Made by a program: the position numbers and the translations under genes. From assembly GCA_035275545.1 (NCBI GenBank), contig DATEMP010000019.1, positions 2,538 through 66,537 on the forward strand: a stretch of 64,000 nucleotides of DNA. Reading direction: 5' to 3'. The stretch comes from Candidatus Eiseniibacteriota bacterium (GTDB taxonomy: Bacteria > Eisenbacteria > RBG-16-71-46). Positions 29,839-38,428 of the stretch are shown here, piece by piece; the stretch's first letter is position 1, and every line of letters starts with the position of its first letter. The notes under the pieces were generated by a model. It was not told the DNA's origin, ran no database searches, and was given only the letters and a program-made list of their open reading frames with translations.

Positions 29839-30810
29839 TCAACGTCTTATTTGCGCGCAAAGGAAGACTGCGTCGCGGTGGTACTCAAGGAAGCCAGCCT
29901 GGGCGTCCGTGAACTGGCCGACGTCCACCCCCCGATCCGTCGGAACCCCCATTCTCTCAAGGGAGTCTAGATGAGCCACCGGCGATACGAGGAGCCGGCC
30001 ATCTCGCTGGAAGGAAATGAACCCTCGATCGAACAAATGATCGATCGAAGGCGTTAGGAGGAGCCCATTCTCGCCAGTTAGGCGCTCCTGGTTCGTCGAA
30101 TCTCGCCACGGCTTGATGTGGCTAGCCCGCAGATGCTCGGGACGTACGACACCCGTGACGCGGCAGCGCGACTCAATTCCCTGCACGCGGTCGCGAAACA
30201 GTCCCTGACCGCGTCGCGCGAGCACCAGAGCCTGTCTCTCTGTCTCGACCAACGTGTGGTCGTCTTGAATCCTCTTGCTGAGGTGCTCCTCCCAGAGCAG
30301 GACCTCCGGCGTGACAACGGGTGCCTGCTCGGCAACGACTTCCGTCCGGGCCACAACACCCACGTCGCTGCCGAGTAGATCAGCAAGCGCAAACGCCAGC
30401 GGACGGGACAGCTCCGTGAGATAGATGCTCTGAACTCCACGCCCGTCTTTCAGCAGTGGTGAATACCTGTCGGGCAAGAGAGGCCGGAGTTTCTCGATCC
30501 AATCGGCAGGCCGAAACGGAGTTCCGGCAGTGTGAAACTCAACATCCACGCGCCAGCCAATCGCATCCCAGTTTCTCCCTGCACTGCCAAACTCCGCGGG
30601 CTTCGGCGCCTCGTAGGCATGTGATCGCGCGATGCCAAATGTGCCGATGCGCGTGTCAGCGAACGAGAAGATGAGATCGCCGGGGGCAACTTCACGCATG
30701 AACTCGTAGAAGGGGTTGCGTCCCCCCTTCTTGCGCTTAGGCGACCAGAGATACCCACCGCTCACTTCGTAGCGATAGGTCTGGTTCTGGTTCACCCACC
30801 AATAGCGCAT
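29839..30810 (-). CDS. HNH endonuclease with N-terminal reader-like domain (putative Type IV / modification-dependent restriction enzyme)
   Basis: C-terminal HNH region CRVTGVVRPEHLRASHIKPW...NGLLLTPSIDHLFDRGFISF. The N-terminal roughly 150 aa begin MRYWWVNQNQTYRYEVSGGYLWSPK...GDLIFSF, a domain type I recall fused to McrB/HNH restriction modules (COG3183-like). Confidence 0.8.
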   Translation of the reverse strand: MRYWWVNQNQTYRYEVSGGYLWSPKRKKGGRNPFYEFMREVAPGDLIFSFADTRIGTFGIARSHAYEAPKPAEFGSAGRNWDAIGWRVDVEFHTAGTPFRPADWIEKLRPLLPDRYSPLLKDGRGVQSIYLTELSRPLAFALADLLGSDVGVVARTEVVAEQAPVVTPEVLLWEEHLSKRIQDDHTLVETERQALVLARRGQGLFRDRVQGIESRCRVTGVVRPEHLRASHIKPWRDSTNQERLTGENGLLLTPSIDHLFDRGFISFQRDGRLLVSPVAHLDSLERMGVPTDRGVDVGQFTDAQAGFLEYHRDAVFLCAQIRR

Positions 30811-30937
30811 GGCGTGTTCCTGCAGAGTCCGAAAGTACTAGTCCTTCGCGCCAGTCACGAGCGGGACCAGGACTCGACCGAGTATTGGCGGCCAGCATGC
30901 AGCCTGCGGGGATCGGCCTTGGGGTGCCACCCCCGGC

Positions 30938-31897
30938 CTAGCGGTACAACGCTTTGATCCGCCCCCAGCTTGTTGATTTCGTGGCCACCGGCGCAAACCC
31001 AAACACCTGGATTCGGCAGTTGGTAACGTCGGCAACATAGATACTGCCGGCGAGGCTCACAGCAACTCCCCACGGATGGTTGAACTGACCGTTGCCGTCG
31101 CCAAAGGTTCCCCACATAGCCGCATAGGCCCCGCCACCCGTGAACTTCTGAACCCGGTGGCTATCCGTGACGTAGATATCGCCTGCGGCATCGACGGTTA
31201 CTCCATGGGGGAATTGGAACTGCCCGGCTCCAGTGCCGAATGAACCCCATTGGCCAAGATACGTGCCGGTGCCAGAGAATCTCTGTACTCGATGAGCGGT
31301 CGTGTCTGCCGCGTACACGTTGCCATCTGCGTCTGTTGCGAGTCCCCAAGGTGCCAGGAATTGTCCAGGGCCACTGCCGAAGGAACCCCACTCGCCCAAG
31401 AAGGTGCCCGTATCGGTGAATCTCTGGATACTGCGGCCCGACGCATTCACCACGTAGACATCGCCAGCTGGGCCAACCGTGATGGTGAGCGGAGTACTTC
31501 CCGCTCCATAAGAGTTCCACTTTGTGAGAAACATCCCATTGCTAGTGAATTTCTGGATCCGCCGATTGCCGAGGTCTACTACGTAGACGTTGCCGGAGGC
31601 ATCGGTGTCCACGTCGGTGGGAATTGAGAATTGACCGTCCGCGTTGCCGCTTGATCCCCACTGACCCAGATAGACGCCGGTGCCCGAGAACTTTTGGATT
31701 CGATTGTTATCTAGGACGTAAACGTTGCCGGCCGCATCCGTCGCTAGTGACCTAGGCAGGTAGAACTGTCCATCCCCGCCGCCCACGCTTCCCCATTGGG
31801 CGAGGTATTGTGGCGCTTGGGCGGCCGAAGGGCTGGCGGTCGAAGGGCCCAGGATCAGAACCCATGCACAGCCTTTCAGAATTCGCCTTACCAACAT
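30938..31897 (-). CDS. Secreted six-bladed NHL-repeat protein with C-terminal TSWGRIKALYR tail
   Basis: Signal peptide, then six NHL units (GQF..P.G.A.D..GNVYV.D....RIQKF). It is a paralogue of the 23563..24501 gene. Confidence 0.85.
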   Translation of the reverse strand: MLVRRILKGCAWVLILGPSTASPSAAQAPQYLAQWGSVGGGDGQFYLPRSLATDAAGNVYVLDNNRIQKFSGTGVYLGQWGSSGNADGQFSIPTDVDTDASGNVYVVDLGNRRIQKFTSNGMFLTKWNSYGAGSTPLTITVGPAGDVYVVNASGRSIQRFTDTGTFLGEWGSFGSGPGQFLAPWGLATDADGNVYAADTTAHRVQRFSGTGTYLGQWGSFGTGAGQFQFPHGVTVDAAGDIYVTDSHRVQKFTGGGAYAAMWGTFGDGNGQFNHPWGVAVSLAGSIYVADVTNCRIQVFGFAPVATKSTSWGRIKALYR

Positions 31898-32163
31898 GAC
31901 CGGCCTCCTTGCCGTATGCCGCGCCTGCAGGATGCGGGCTGACAGGTTCTGGACCTGCTACCCCGTTCCGGACGGCGCAGAGTAACGCTCCAGCCTGGAA
32001 TCGTCGGAGGTTTCTCTGCGCGGGCCCCCTGTCCACCTCGCGAGTCGCTCGCGGGGGACATCTAACCCCAAGCATCGAACGAGCTCAACGTTTGGCCGCA
32101 ACTTTGGTCTGGAGGTCGGTCGAACTAGTTGCATCATTGCGACATCGGCAGTCAATTAGAGGC

Positions 32164-32901
32164 ATGGCACGTTGGCTGGTGCAGTTGGATGGGGAACCGA
32201 GCGATCTCGAGGAGTTTCCGTTTTGGTTCCCGGACGGCGAAATCCACGCCGTTGAAGAGACCAAGAACGTCTACCTGACAGGCCCCGCTCTTGAGGCGTT
32301 TGCAGATGCAGACCGGGTTCATGAGTCTGCTCTGCAGGTACTAGACGAATGTTCTGCAGTTATCAGCCTCCTTTGGCCGAGCTTCGTGCGCCCACGGATC
32401 GCGCGAGTTATTCGTGAGACAGACGACGGCACACGCCAATCAACCACATTCGTTGCCGGCTCGGTTACCGTTCGTTCGAAGGTGCGTGCGGCTCTCAGCA
32501 CATCGAGCGACGAGGACGGCCGACGTCACGCGACACAAACGCAGGCGCAGCTGCTCTTATTAGCCTCACGCTCTGACGAACATCTTCGGGCGGCGCTTTC
32601 TGTATGGGCCGACCCCCTCCGAACCTGGCCGCGACTGTTCCGCATACTTGAGGAAGTCGAGGCGCATCTTGGGAAGCAGCTTCAGAAGGTCGGAATTTGC
32701 AGCAACAACCAACGGGAACGGTTCACCCGTTCCGCAAATGCCGCGGAGATCTCGGGAAGGGATTCACGTCACGCTCTCGGGAAGTCAAACCCGCCCAAGA
32801 GTCCTATGAATCTCCCCGAGGCAGTCGGTTTTATTGGGGGTGTCTTGCAATCAGTGCTTCTGAGAGCAGGACCGGTACCCCACGACGGCCCTCCGACGTG
32901 A
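32164..32901 (+). CDS. Hypothetical protein (island orphan)
   Basis: ORF 31909..32901 trimmed to the ATG at 32164 (MARWLVQLDGEPSDLEEF...). Coding-like composition, no motif recognised. Confidence 0.45.
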   Translation: MARWLVQLDGEPSDLEEFPFWFPDGEIHAVEETKNVYLTGPALEAFADADRVHESALQVLDECSAVISLLWPSFVRPRIARVIRETDDGTRQSTTFVAGSVTVRSKVRAALSTSSDEDGRRHATQTQAQLLLLASRSDEHLRAALSVWADPLRTWPRLFRILEEVEAHLGKQLQKVGICSNNQRERFTRSANAAEISGRDSRHALGKSNPPKSPMNLPEAVGFIGGVLQSVLLRAGPVPHDGPPT

Positions 32902-33255
32902 TCAACGTCTCAGGTATCTGGCGACACTGGGATGGCCGGCGCGACTAGTAGCCGGATGGCCGACTCTCTCCAATACATCGGGCTCTCGCGCGGGCCGGCG
33001 TTTGCAAGGACGACGCCCTGGGCCTCTTGTGCTCGGATAGGGAACAGCCGACGAACGTGGACGATGAGGGGGCTGGCGCCCGAGAGGACGCTCGCGAAAA
33101 GAACACCTTGGCCTGGAGTCCGCGAGGTTCCGCCATAGGCCACCGAGTAACCGCCGGCGTCGTGCCAGCAAGTCTCGAACGTGGACCTTCAATGCGAAAG
33201 ACCGTACCCTACACGGGGACAGCAGACGTGGAGAGGTCGGGAATACAGTGCAGCC

Positions 33256-33507
33256 ATGAGAGCGACGATGTTCAAGAGGACGAGCCCCAAGTACTTGGAG
33301 GCACTTGAGTCGCTCCCTGAGGAGTTACGCCCCATCTACCACCGGCTCGTTGAGGAATATGCGTTCCACACCGATGTGAGCTACGGGCGCGGCTATGTTG
33401 CATACCGTGTGCTCGCCGCGCTCGTCCGGGACGGGTGGAGGCCAACCGAAGACGGTGGGCCCCCGAACGAACATCCCGCCACTGACCAGTCAACGCGCAG
33501 GACGTGA
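33256..33507 (+). CDS. Small hypothetical protein (island orphan)
   Basis: ORF 33181..33507 trimmed to the ATG at 33256 (MRATMFKRTSPKYLEALESLPEELRPIYHRLVEEY...). Plausible helical protein. Weak call. Confidence 0.3.
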   Translation: MRATMFKRTSPKYLEALESLPEELRPIYHRLVEEYAFHTDVSYGRGYVAYRVLAALVRDGWRPTEDGGPPNEHPATDQSTRRT

Positions 33508-33864
33508 CAGCGACAGATGCTCGATCGACCTTAGGCCGTCGCTCGCGGGAATAGATCCAGCAAGCTGTCACAGGTCGTCCAGTGAGCCCACGCGCTTAGT
33601 CCGACCGATGCTCGGATCACTCGCCAATCAATCTGCGGGCGGCCGGGCTCGAGAGGGCAGCATGGGACTCAAGTGCCTCGCTTCAAGCGGGAGTGTCGTC
33701 GCGACCTCTTCGAATGCAAGGTGGAGTTCGGCCGCCTATTTGCCAGCCCGGGCGGGTCTCAGAGGCGGTTCTACTGCGCACTCCCTGACACCTGCTTCGC
33801 TCTCAGCCGCCCTGCCGTGGCCAAACTTCTTCGCCTCATCGCAAGCTGGTAGTGTGGCGGCCCT

Positions 33865-36800
33865 ATGCCCGCGCCGCCCAAGCTGTTGGAGCTAGTCGCT
33901 CGCTTTCGCGAGCAACAGGAAGCTTACACTTCCGGCCGGTACAAGGAGGCCCAACTCCGGAAAGAGTTCGTCGACCCGCTCCTACGCCTCTTGGGCTGGG
34001 ACGTTGAGAACGAGCAGGGCTATGCCGAGCCGTACAAGGAAGTCATCCACGAGGACACCCTCAAGACCGCTTCCGGAACGAAGGCGCCAGATTACGGCCT
34101 TCGAATAGGCGGTGTCTTGAAGTACCTCATTGAGGCTAAAGAGCCATCGGTCAACCTGAAGGACGACCCATCGCCGGCGTACCAGCTCCGGCGTTACGCT
34201 TGGAACGCGAAGCTCCCGCTCTCGATCCTCACCGACTTTGAAGAGTTCGCGGTGTACGACTGCCGCTTCCAGCCGTTCGAGAAGGACAAGGCGTCCGTCG
34301 CTCGCGTCATGTACTTGCGCTTCGACGAACTTCGGGAACACTGGGACGAGATCTACGGCATCTTCTCCCGCGAGGCAATTCTCCGCGGCGCATTCGATCG
34401 TTTTGCGGCCTCAAGCGCCAAGAAACGCGGAACGGCCGAAGTCGACAATGCCTTCCTCGCGGAGGTCGCGAACTGGCGCAAACTCCTCGCCACGAACGTC
34501 GCTGCACGCAACCCTGCGCTGCAAGAGCGCGAGCTGAACTTCGTAGTCCAACGGACGATCGACCGAATCATCTTCCTGCGGATCTGCGAAGACCGCGGCA
34601 TTGAGACCCCGAACCGGCTGCGTGAGGCGAGCGAAGGTCCCGGGGTCTACGAGCGTCTGTCCGACCTGTTTCGTTCTGCTGACGACCGCTACAACTCTGG
34701 TCTCTTTCATTTCAAGAGTGAGCAGGGACGCGACGAGGCCCCCGACAGCCTGACTCTTGGCGTCGCGATCGACGACGGGCCGCTTCGCCAGATCTTGAAG
34801 TCAATGTACTACCCGGAATCGCCGTACGAGTTCTCGGTGCTCCCTCCTGAGATCCTCGGACATGTCTACGAGCAGTTGCTGGGTAGCGTCATTCGGCTGT
34901 CACCCAAGCGCCGAGTCCAGATCGAAGAGAAACCACGAGTTCGCAAGGCCGGCGGCGTGTACTACACGCCCAAGTCGGTGGTCGACTACATCGTGCGTCG
35001 GACAGTCGGGCTGCAGCTCGAAGGCAAGAAGCCTGGGGCGCAGGTCAGCCGGCTTAGAATCGTCGATACCTCGTGCGGCTCTGGATCGTTCCTCATCGCC
35101 GCATACCAGTACCTTCTAGACTGGTACCGCGACCGCTACGTCGAGGCTGGCCCCGAGCGTTACCGGACCCAGCTCCACGAAGTCGGCCCAAATAGCTGGC
35201 GACTGTCGACTCCTGAGCGCAAGCGGATCTTGCTCAACCACGTTTTCGGAGTCGACATCGACGCGCAGGCCGTCGAGGTTACGAAGCTCTCGCTGGTCCT
35301 AAAAGTGCTCGAAGGTGAGAACGATCAAAGCATCACGCGACAGATTCAGCTGCTTCACGACCGCGCGTTGCCTGACCTCGAAAGGAACATCAAGTGCGGC
35401 AACACGCTGATAGAGCCAGCAGTCGTCAGCCACAGCCTTTTCCCAGACCAGCAGCTCATGGAGCGCATCAATCCGTTCGACTGGAACGCTGAGTTCCCCG
35501 AGATCATGGGCCGGGGTGGATTCGACTGCGTGATCGGGAATCCGCCCTACATCAGGATTCAGACCCTAAGCGAGGTCGCGCCAGAAGAGGCCGAGATGTA
35601 CAAGCGACTGTACCGCTCAGCGGCCACTGGCAACTTTGACATCTACGTGGCCTTCGTGGAGAAGGCCCTGAGTCTGTTGGTTCCGACGGGGCGGATGGGT
35701 TTCATCGTTCCGAGCAAGTTCTTTACAACGGACTACGGCCAGGCGCTGCGCTCACTTCTGACGTCCCGCCCTCTCCTTCAAGAAGTTATCGACTTTGGAC
35801 ACGAACAGATCTTCAACAACGCCACTACGTACACGTGCCTCCTGTTCGCGGGTCCGACGCCAACGGACGGCGTCGACTACGCGAAAGTTGACTCGATTTC
35901 GCTTCCTCTCGTCCCGCCTCCGTTCCGTCGAATCCCATCCGAGCAGATGACCGCCGGTTCCTGGACCTTCCGATCAGACAAGGGTCAGACTATCGCGGCC
36001 AAGTTGGCTCAGCATAGCGCTCCTCTCCTGGCGCTTCCGGCTGAGATGTCGAGGGGATCGAGCACCGGCGACGACGAGACCTTCATTCTGACACGGAGCG
36101 GTCGGGAGCTGGTGACGCGACAGGGCAAGGCAGTCCAAATCGAGGCCGACCTGTTACGGAGTCCCATTAGCGCGAGTGATTTTGGTCGCTACTGGTTCCG
36201 TGCGCCCGAAATGGACGTGATCATTTTTCCGTATCGCAACGCCAGGCACGGTTTCGAGTTGATTCCGGAAAGCGACCTCAAACGGAGTTATCCGCGGGCG
36301 TACGAGTACCTACACTCACGCAAGAAGCAGCTTACTGCTCGTGCTCAGTACCAGGAGTGGTGGGCATACAGCGCTCCTCGCAACCTTGAAGTGCATGAGC
36401 GCGCCCAGATGCTTGTCCCTCTGTTGGCAGATCGCGGACTCGTTGGCGAACTCTCCGGTCACACTGGCGGCTATTGCCTGATGGCGAGCGGCGGCTTCAG
36501 CATCACCGTCGACACGACACGAACGAGACTCTCACCGCGCTACGTGCTAGGGCTGCTCAACTCGTCGCTTCTGTTTTGGCAGCTCAAACACATTAGCAAC
36601 AAGTTTCGCGGCGGCTACGTCACCTGCACCAAGCAGTACGTCGGAACTCTTCCAGTCCGACTGCTCGACCTGGACGACGCCGAGCAGCGAGACGATCACG
36701 ATCAGATCGTTTCCCTGGTCGGTAAGCTCGTTGGGATTACGTCGGAGCGCAATGCGGCGACGATCCCTTCAGACGCGACTATGCTCGACCGCCAGCTCGC

Positions 36801-36921
36801 TATCGCCGAGCGCGAACTCGACGACGCGGTGTTTGCGCTGTACGGGCTGACAATGGATGAAGCCTACGGCGTGAAGGCGGAGCTGGCTAAGCCGACCCTG
36901 GATTCGCTAGCCGTCGAGTAG
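33865..36921 (+). CDS. Type IIG (fused endonuclease-methyltransferase-specificity) restriction-modification enzyme, Eco57I/MmeI-like
   Basis: N-terminal HSDR_N-type PD-(D/E)xK motif APDYGLRIGGVLKYLIEAKEP (about 34085-34140). SAM motif I is VDTSCGSGSFLIAAY. N6-adenine catalytic motif IV is GNPPYIR, with NPPY at 35539-35550. A long C-terminal TRD-like region follows. 1018 aa. Confidence 0.9.
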   Translation: MPAPPKLLELVARFREQQEAYTSGRYKEAQLRKEFVDPLLRLLGWDVENEQGYAEPYKEVIHEDTLKTASGTKAPDYGLRIGGVLKYLIEAKEPSVNLKDDPSPAYQLRRYAWNAKLPLSILTDFEEFAVYDCRFQPFEKDKASVARVMYLRFDELREHWDEIYGIFSREAILRGAFDRFAASSAKKRGTAEVDNAFLAEVANWRKLLATNVAARNPALQERELNFVVQRTIDRIIFLRICEDRGIETPNRLREASEGPGVYERLSDLFRSADDRYNSGLFHFKSEQGRDEAPDSLTLGVAIDDGPLRQILKSMYYPESPYEFSVLPPEILGHVYEQLLGSVIRLSPKRRVQIEEKPRVRKAGGVYYTPKSVVDYIVRRTVGLQLEGKKPGAQVSRLRIVDTSCGSGSFLIAAYQYLLDWYRDRYVEAGPERYRTQLHEVGPNSWRLSTPERKRILLNHVFGVDIDAQAVEVTKLSLVLKVLEGENDQSITRQIQLLHDRALPDLERNIKCGNTLIEPAVVSHSLFPDQQLMERINPFDWNAEFPEIMGRGGFDCVIGNPPYIRIQTLSEVAPEEAEMYKRLYRSAATGNFDIYVAFVEKALSLLVPTGRMGFIVPSKFFTTDYGQALRSLLTSRPLLQEVIDFGHEQIFNNATTYTCLLFAGPTPTDGVDYAKVDSISLPLVPPPFRRIPSEQMTAGSWTFRSDKGQTIAAKLAQHSAPLLALPAEMSRGSSTGDDETFILTRSGRELVTRQGKAVQIEADLLRSPISASDFGRYWFRAPEMDVIIFPYRNARHGFELIPESDLKRSYPRAYEYLHSRKKQLTARAQYQEWWAYSAPRNLEVHERAQMLVPLLADRGLVGELSGHTGGYCLMASGGFSITVDTTRTRLSPRYVLGLLNSSLLFWQLKHISNKFRGGYVTCTKQYVGTLPVRLLDLDDAEQRDDHDQIVSLVGKLVGITSERNAATIPSDATMLDRQLAIAERELDDAVFALYGLTMDEAYGVKAELAKPTLDSLAVE

Positions 36922-37099
36922 CGGCAGCCAACGTCTATCTGGCACGCGCGACAAGGCCGCACTCGCGTCAACAGGTGATGGCTACCAAAGACTGGGCATG
37001 CGGCACCGGCAGTAGTTGTCGTGCCGGGTTCTAACCGAACAGCCCACCGCACTGAAGTTCGTTGTCACCCAACAATGCGACCGCAAGTAAGGAGGGTGG

Positions 37100-38392
37100 G
37101 TGGCCCTTGATTTCGTGTTAGACGCCTCTACACACACGCCGTTCCCCGTGGCGCCTGACTCATTCGGCTGTCACACAGCGGTTCTCGCTCAATCCGGATC
37201 CGGCAAGTCATTCCTTGTCGGCAGAGTTATTGAGGAGCTGGTTCTGAAGTCAAAGGCGCGAGTAGTCGTTCTTGACCCAAACTCGGACTTTGTCCGACTA
37301 CCTGAAGTCAACGAGACCGCATGGAAAGACGCCAGGCTACAGCAGTGGTTTCCGCCTGGTGACACCGTGAGTTCGTTCAAGGCGGCATGGGCCACGGTTC
37401 GCCCCATCGTCGTGACAAATCGTAACCTTCCCGGCGTGCGACCCCTGAGGATCTCTTGGGGCGCCCTCACTGATACAGAGAGGGCGGCTATCCTCGACCT
37501 CGATCCCGCGAAACGGCCCCATGTCTATTGGACGTTGCTTCTTGCCGACGAGCTTGCGCGCACGCGGTGGGATGCGACAAGCGAAGCTGATTACGATTTC
37601 GAGCATTTCCGCAAAGCCACTGATGATGTGTGCGACTTTCTCCTTGGAGCAGAGGGTCCCGCTGACGTTGCGGCGATGCCAATCGCGTCAACCCTTCGTG
37701 ATGCTGGCACCGATGCGGCTCTTGAGTTTCGCACATTGGCGACTTCAATGGCCGAGATGGATATTTGGCATGCTGTTGGCGATGACACGCCCGACATCGC
37801 GACGATTGTGACCGACGGCGCAGGCGGACCGTCGGTCGTGATCATTGACCTCTTATCTGTTGAGTCGCAAACTGCTCGGCTTGTGTTAACGGGTCGCGCG
37901 ATTGCGGAGATTTGGAATAGTGCTCGCAGAGGCTACAGCGAAGCACTTCGCGACATCGATGACCCCGATCTGCGCGTTCCAACGATCATCGTGATCGATG
38001 AGGCTCACAACCTTGTGCCGACAACGCGCTCGTCACCTGCCGCAGAACGCATCGCAAGCGACCTGATACGCATCGCGGCAGAAGGACGCAAGTTTGGGCT
38101 GTTCCTCCTGGTAATCACGCAGCGCCCCCGGAAGCTCGATGCCAGCATTCTTTCGGAGTGTGATGGGCTCATGCTTATGAGAATGACCAATGAGAGCGAC
38201 CTCCGCTCCGCGGCGGAGCTGTTTGGGTTCCTAGATGCGAGCGTTGCACGCACCTCCATGAACCTCAACGTAGGCGATGTTCTTCTGCAAGGGCGATTGG
38301 GCTCGAGCGCGACCGTCTACCACGTGGCCCCAAGGCGCACGAAGGAAGGTGGGAGGAGTCTCGATTCGAAGCACTGGACGGTGCCGTACTAG
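37100..38392 (+). CDS. HerA/FtsK-type (DUF87, COG0433-like) P-loop ATPase
   Basis: GTG start preceded by GGAGG. Walker A is VLAQSGSGKSF (about 37185-37215). Walker B is IIVIDEAHNLVP (about 37985-38015). AAEGRKFGLFLLVITQRPRKLD and LMLMRMTNESD are typical of the HerA clade. Confidence 0.85.
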   Translation: MALDFVLDASTHTPFPVAPDSFGCHTAVLAQSGSGKSFLVGRVIEELVLKSKARVVVLDPNSDFVRLPEVNETAWKDARLQQWFPPGDTVSSFKAAWATVRPIVVTNRNLPGVRPLRISWGALTDTERAAILDLDPAKRPHVYWTLLLADELARTRWDATSEADYDFEHFRKATDDVCDFLLGAEGPADVAAMPIASTLRDAGTDAALEFRTLATSMAEMDIWHAVGDDTPDIATIVTDGAGGPSVVIIDLLSVESQTARLVLTGRAIAEIWNSARRGYSEALRDIDDPDLRVPTIIVIDEAHNLVPTTRSSPAAERIASDLIRIAAEGRKFGLFLLVITQRPRKLDASILSECDGLMLMRMTNESDLRSAAELFGFLDASVARTSMNLNVGDVLLQGRLGSSATVYHVAPRRTKEGGRSLDSKHWTVPY

Positions 38393-38428
38393 GCACGACA
38401 GGTGACCGTATACTGAGGACTGGCCGCT

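Noticed and set aside
30915-30937. Short GC hairpin (ggggtg/cacccc, nested in ggcc...ggcc) just downstream of the NHL paralogue stop, as a possible terminator.
   Set aside because: The loop is essentially absent and there is no U-tract on the relevant strand, so it is not convincing as an intrinsic terminator.
33395-33895. 166-aa plus-strand ORF upstream of, and overlapping the start of, the Type IIG gene, plus the minus-strand ORFs at 32902..33192 and 33272..33571.
   Set aside because: They are Ser/Arg/Pro-rich with no motifs, they overlap better-supported frames, and they are probably non-coding leader or intergenic sequence.
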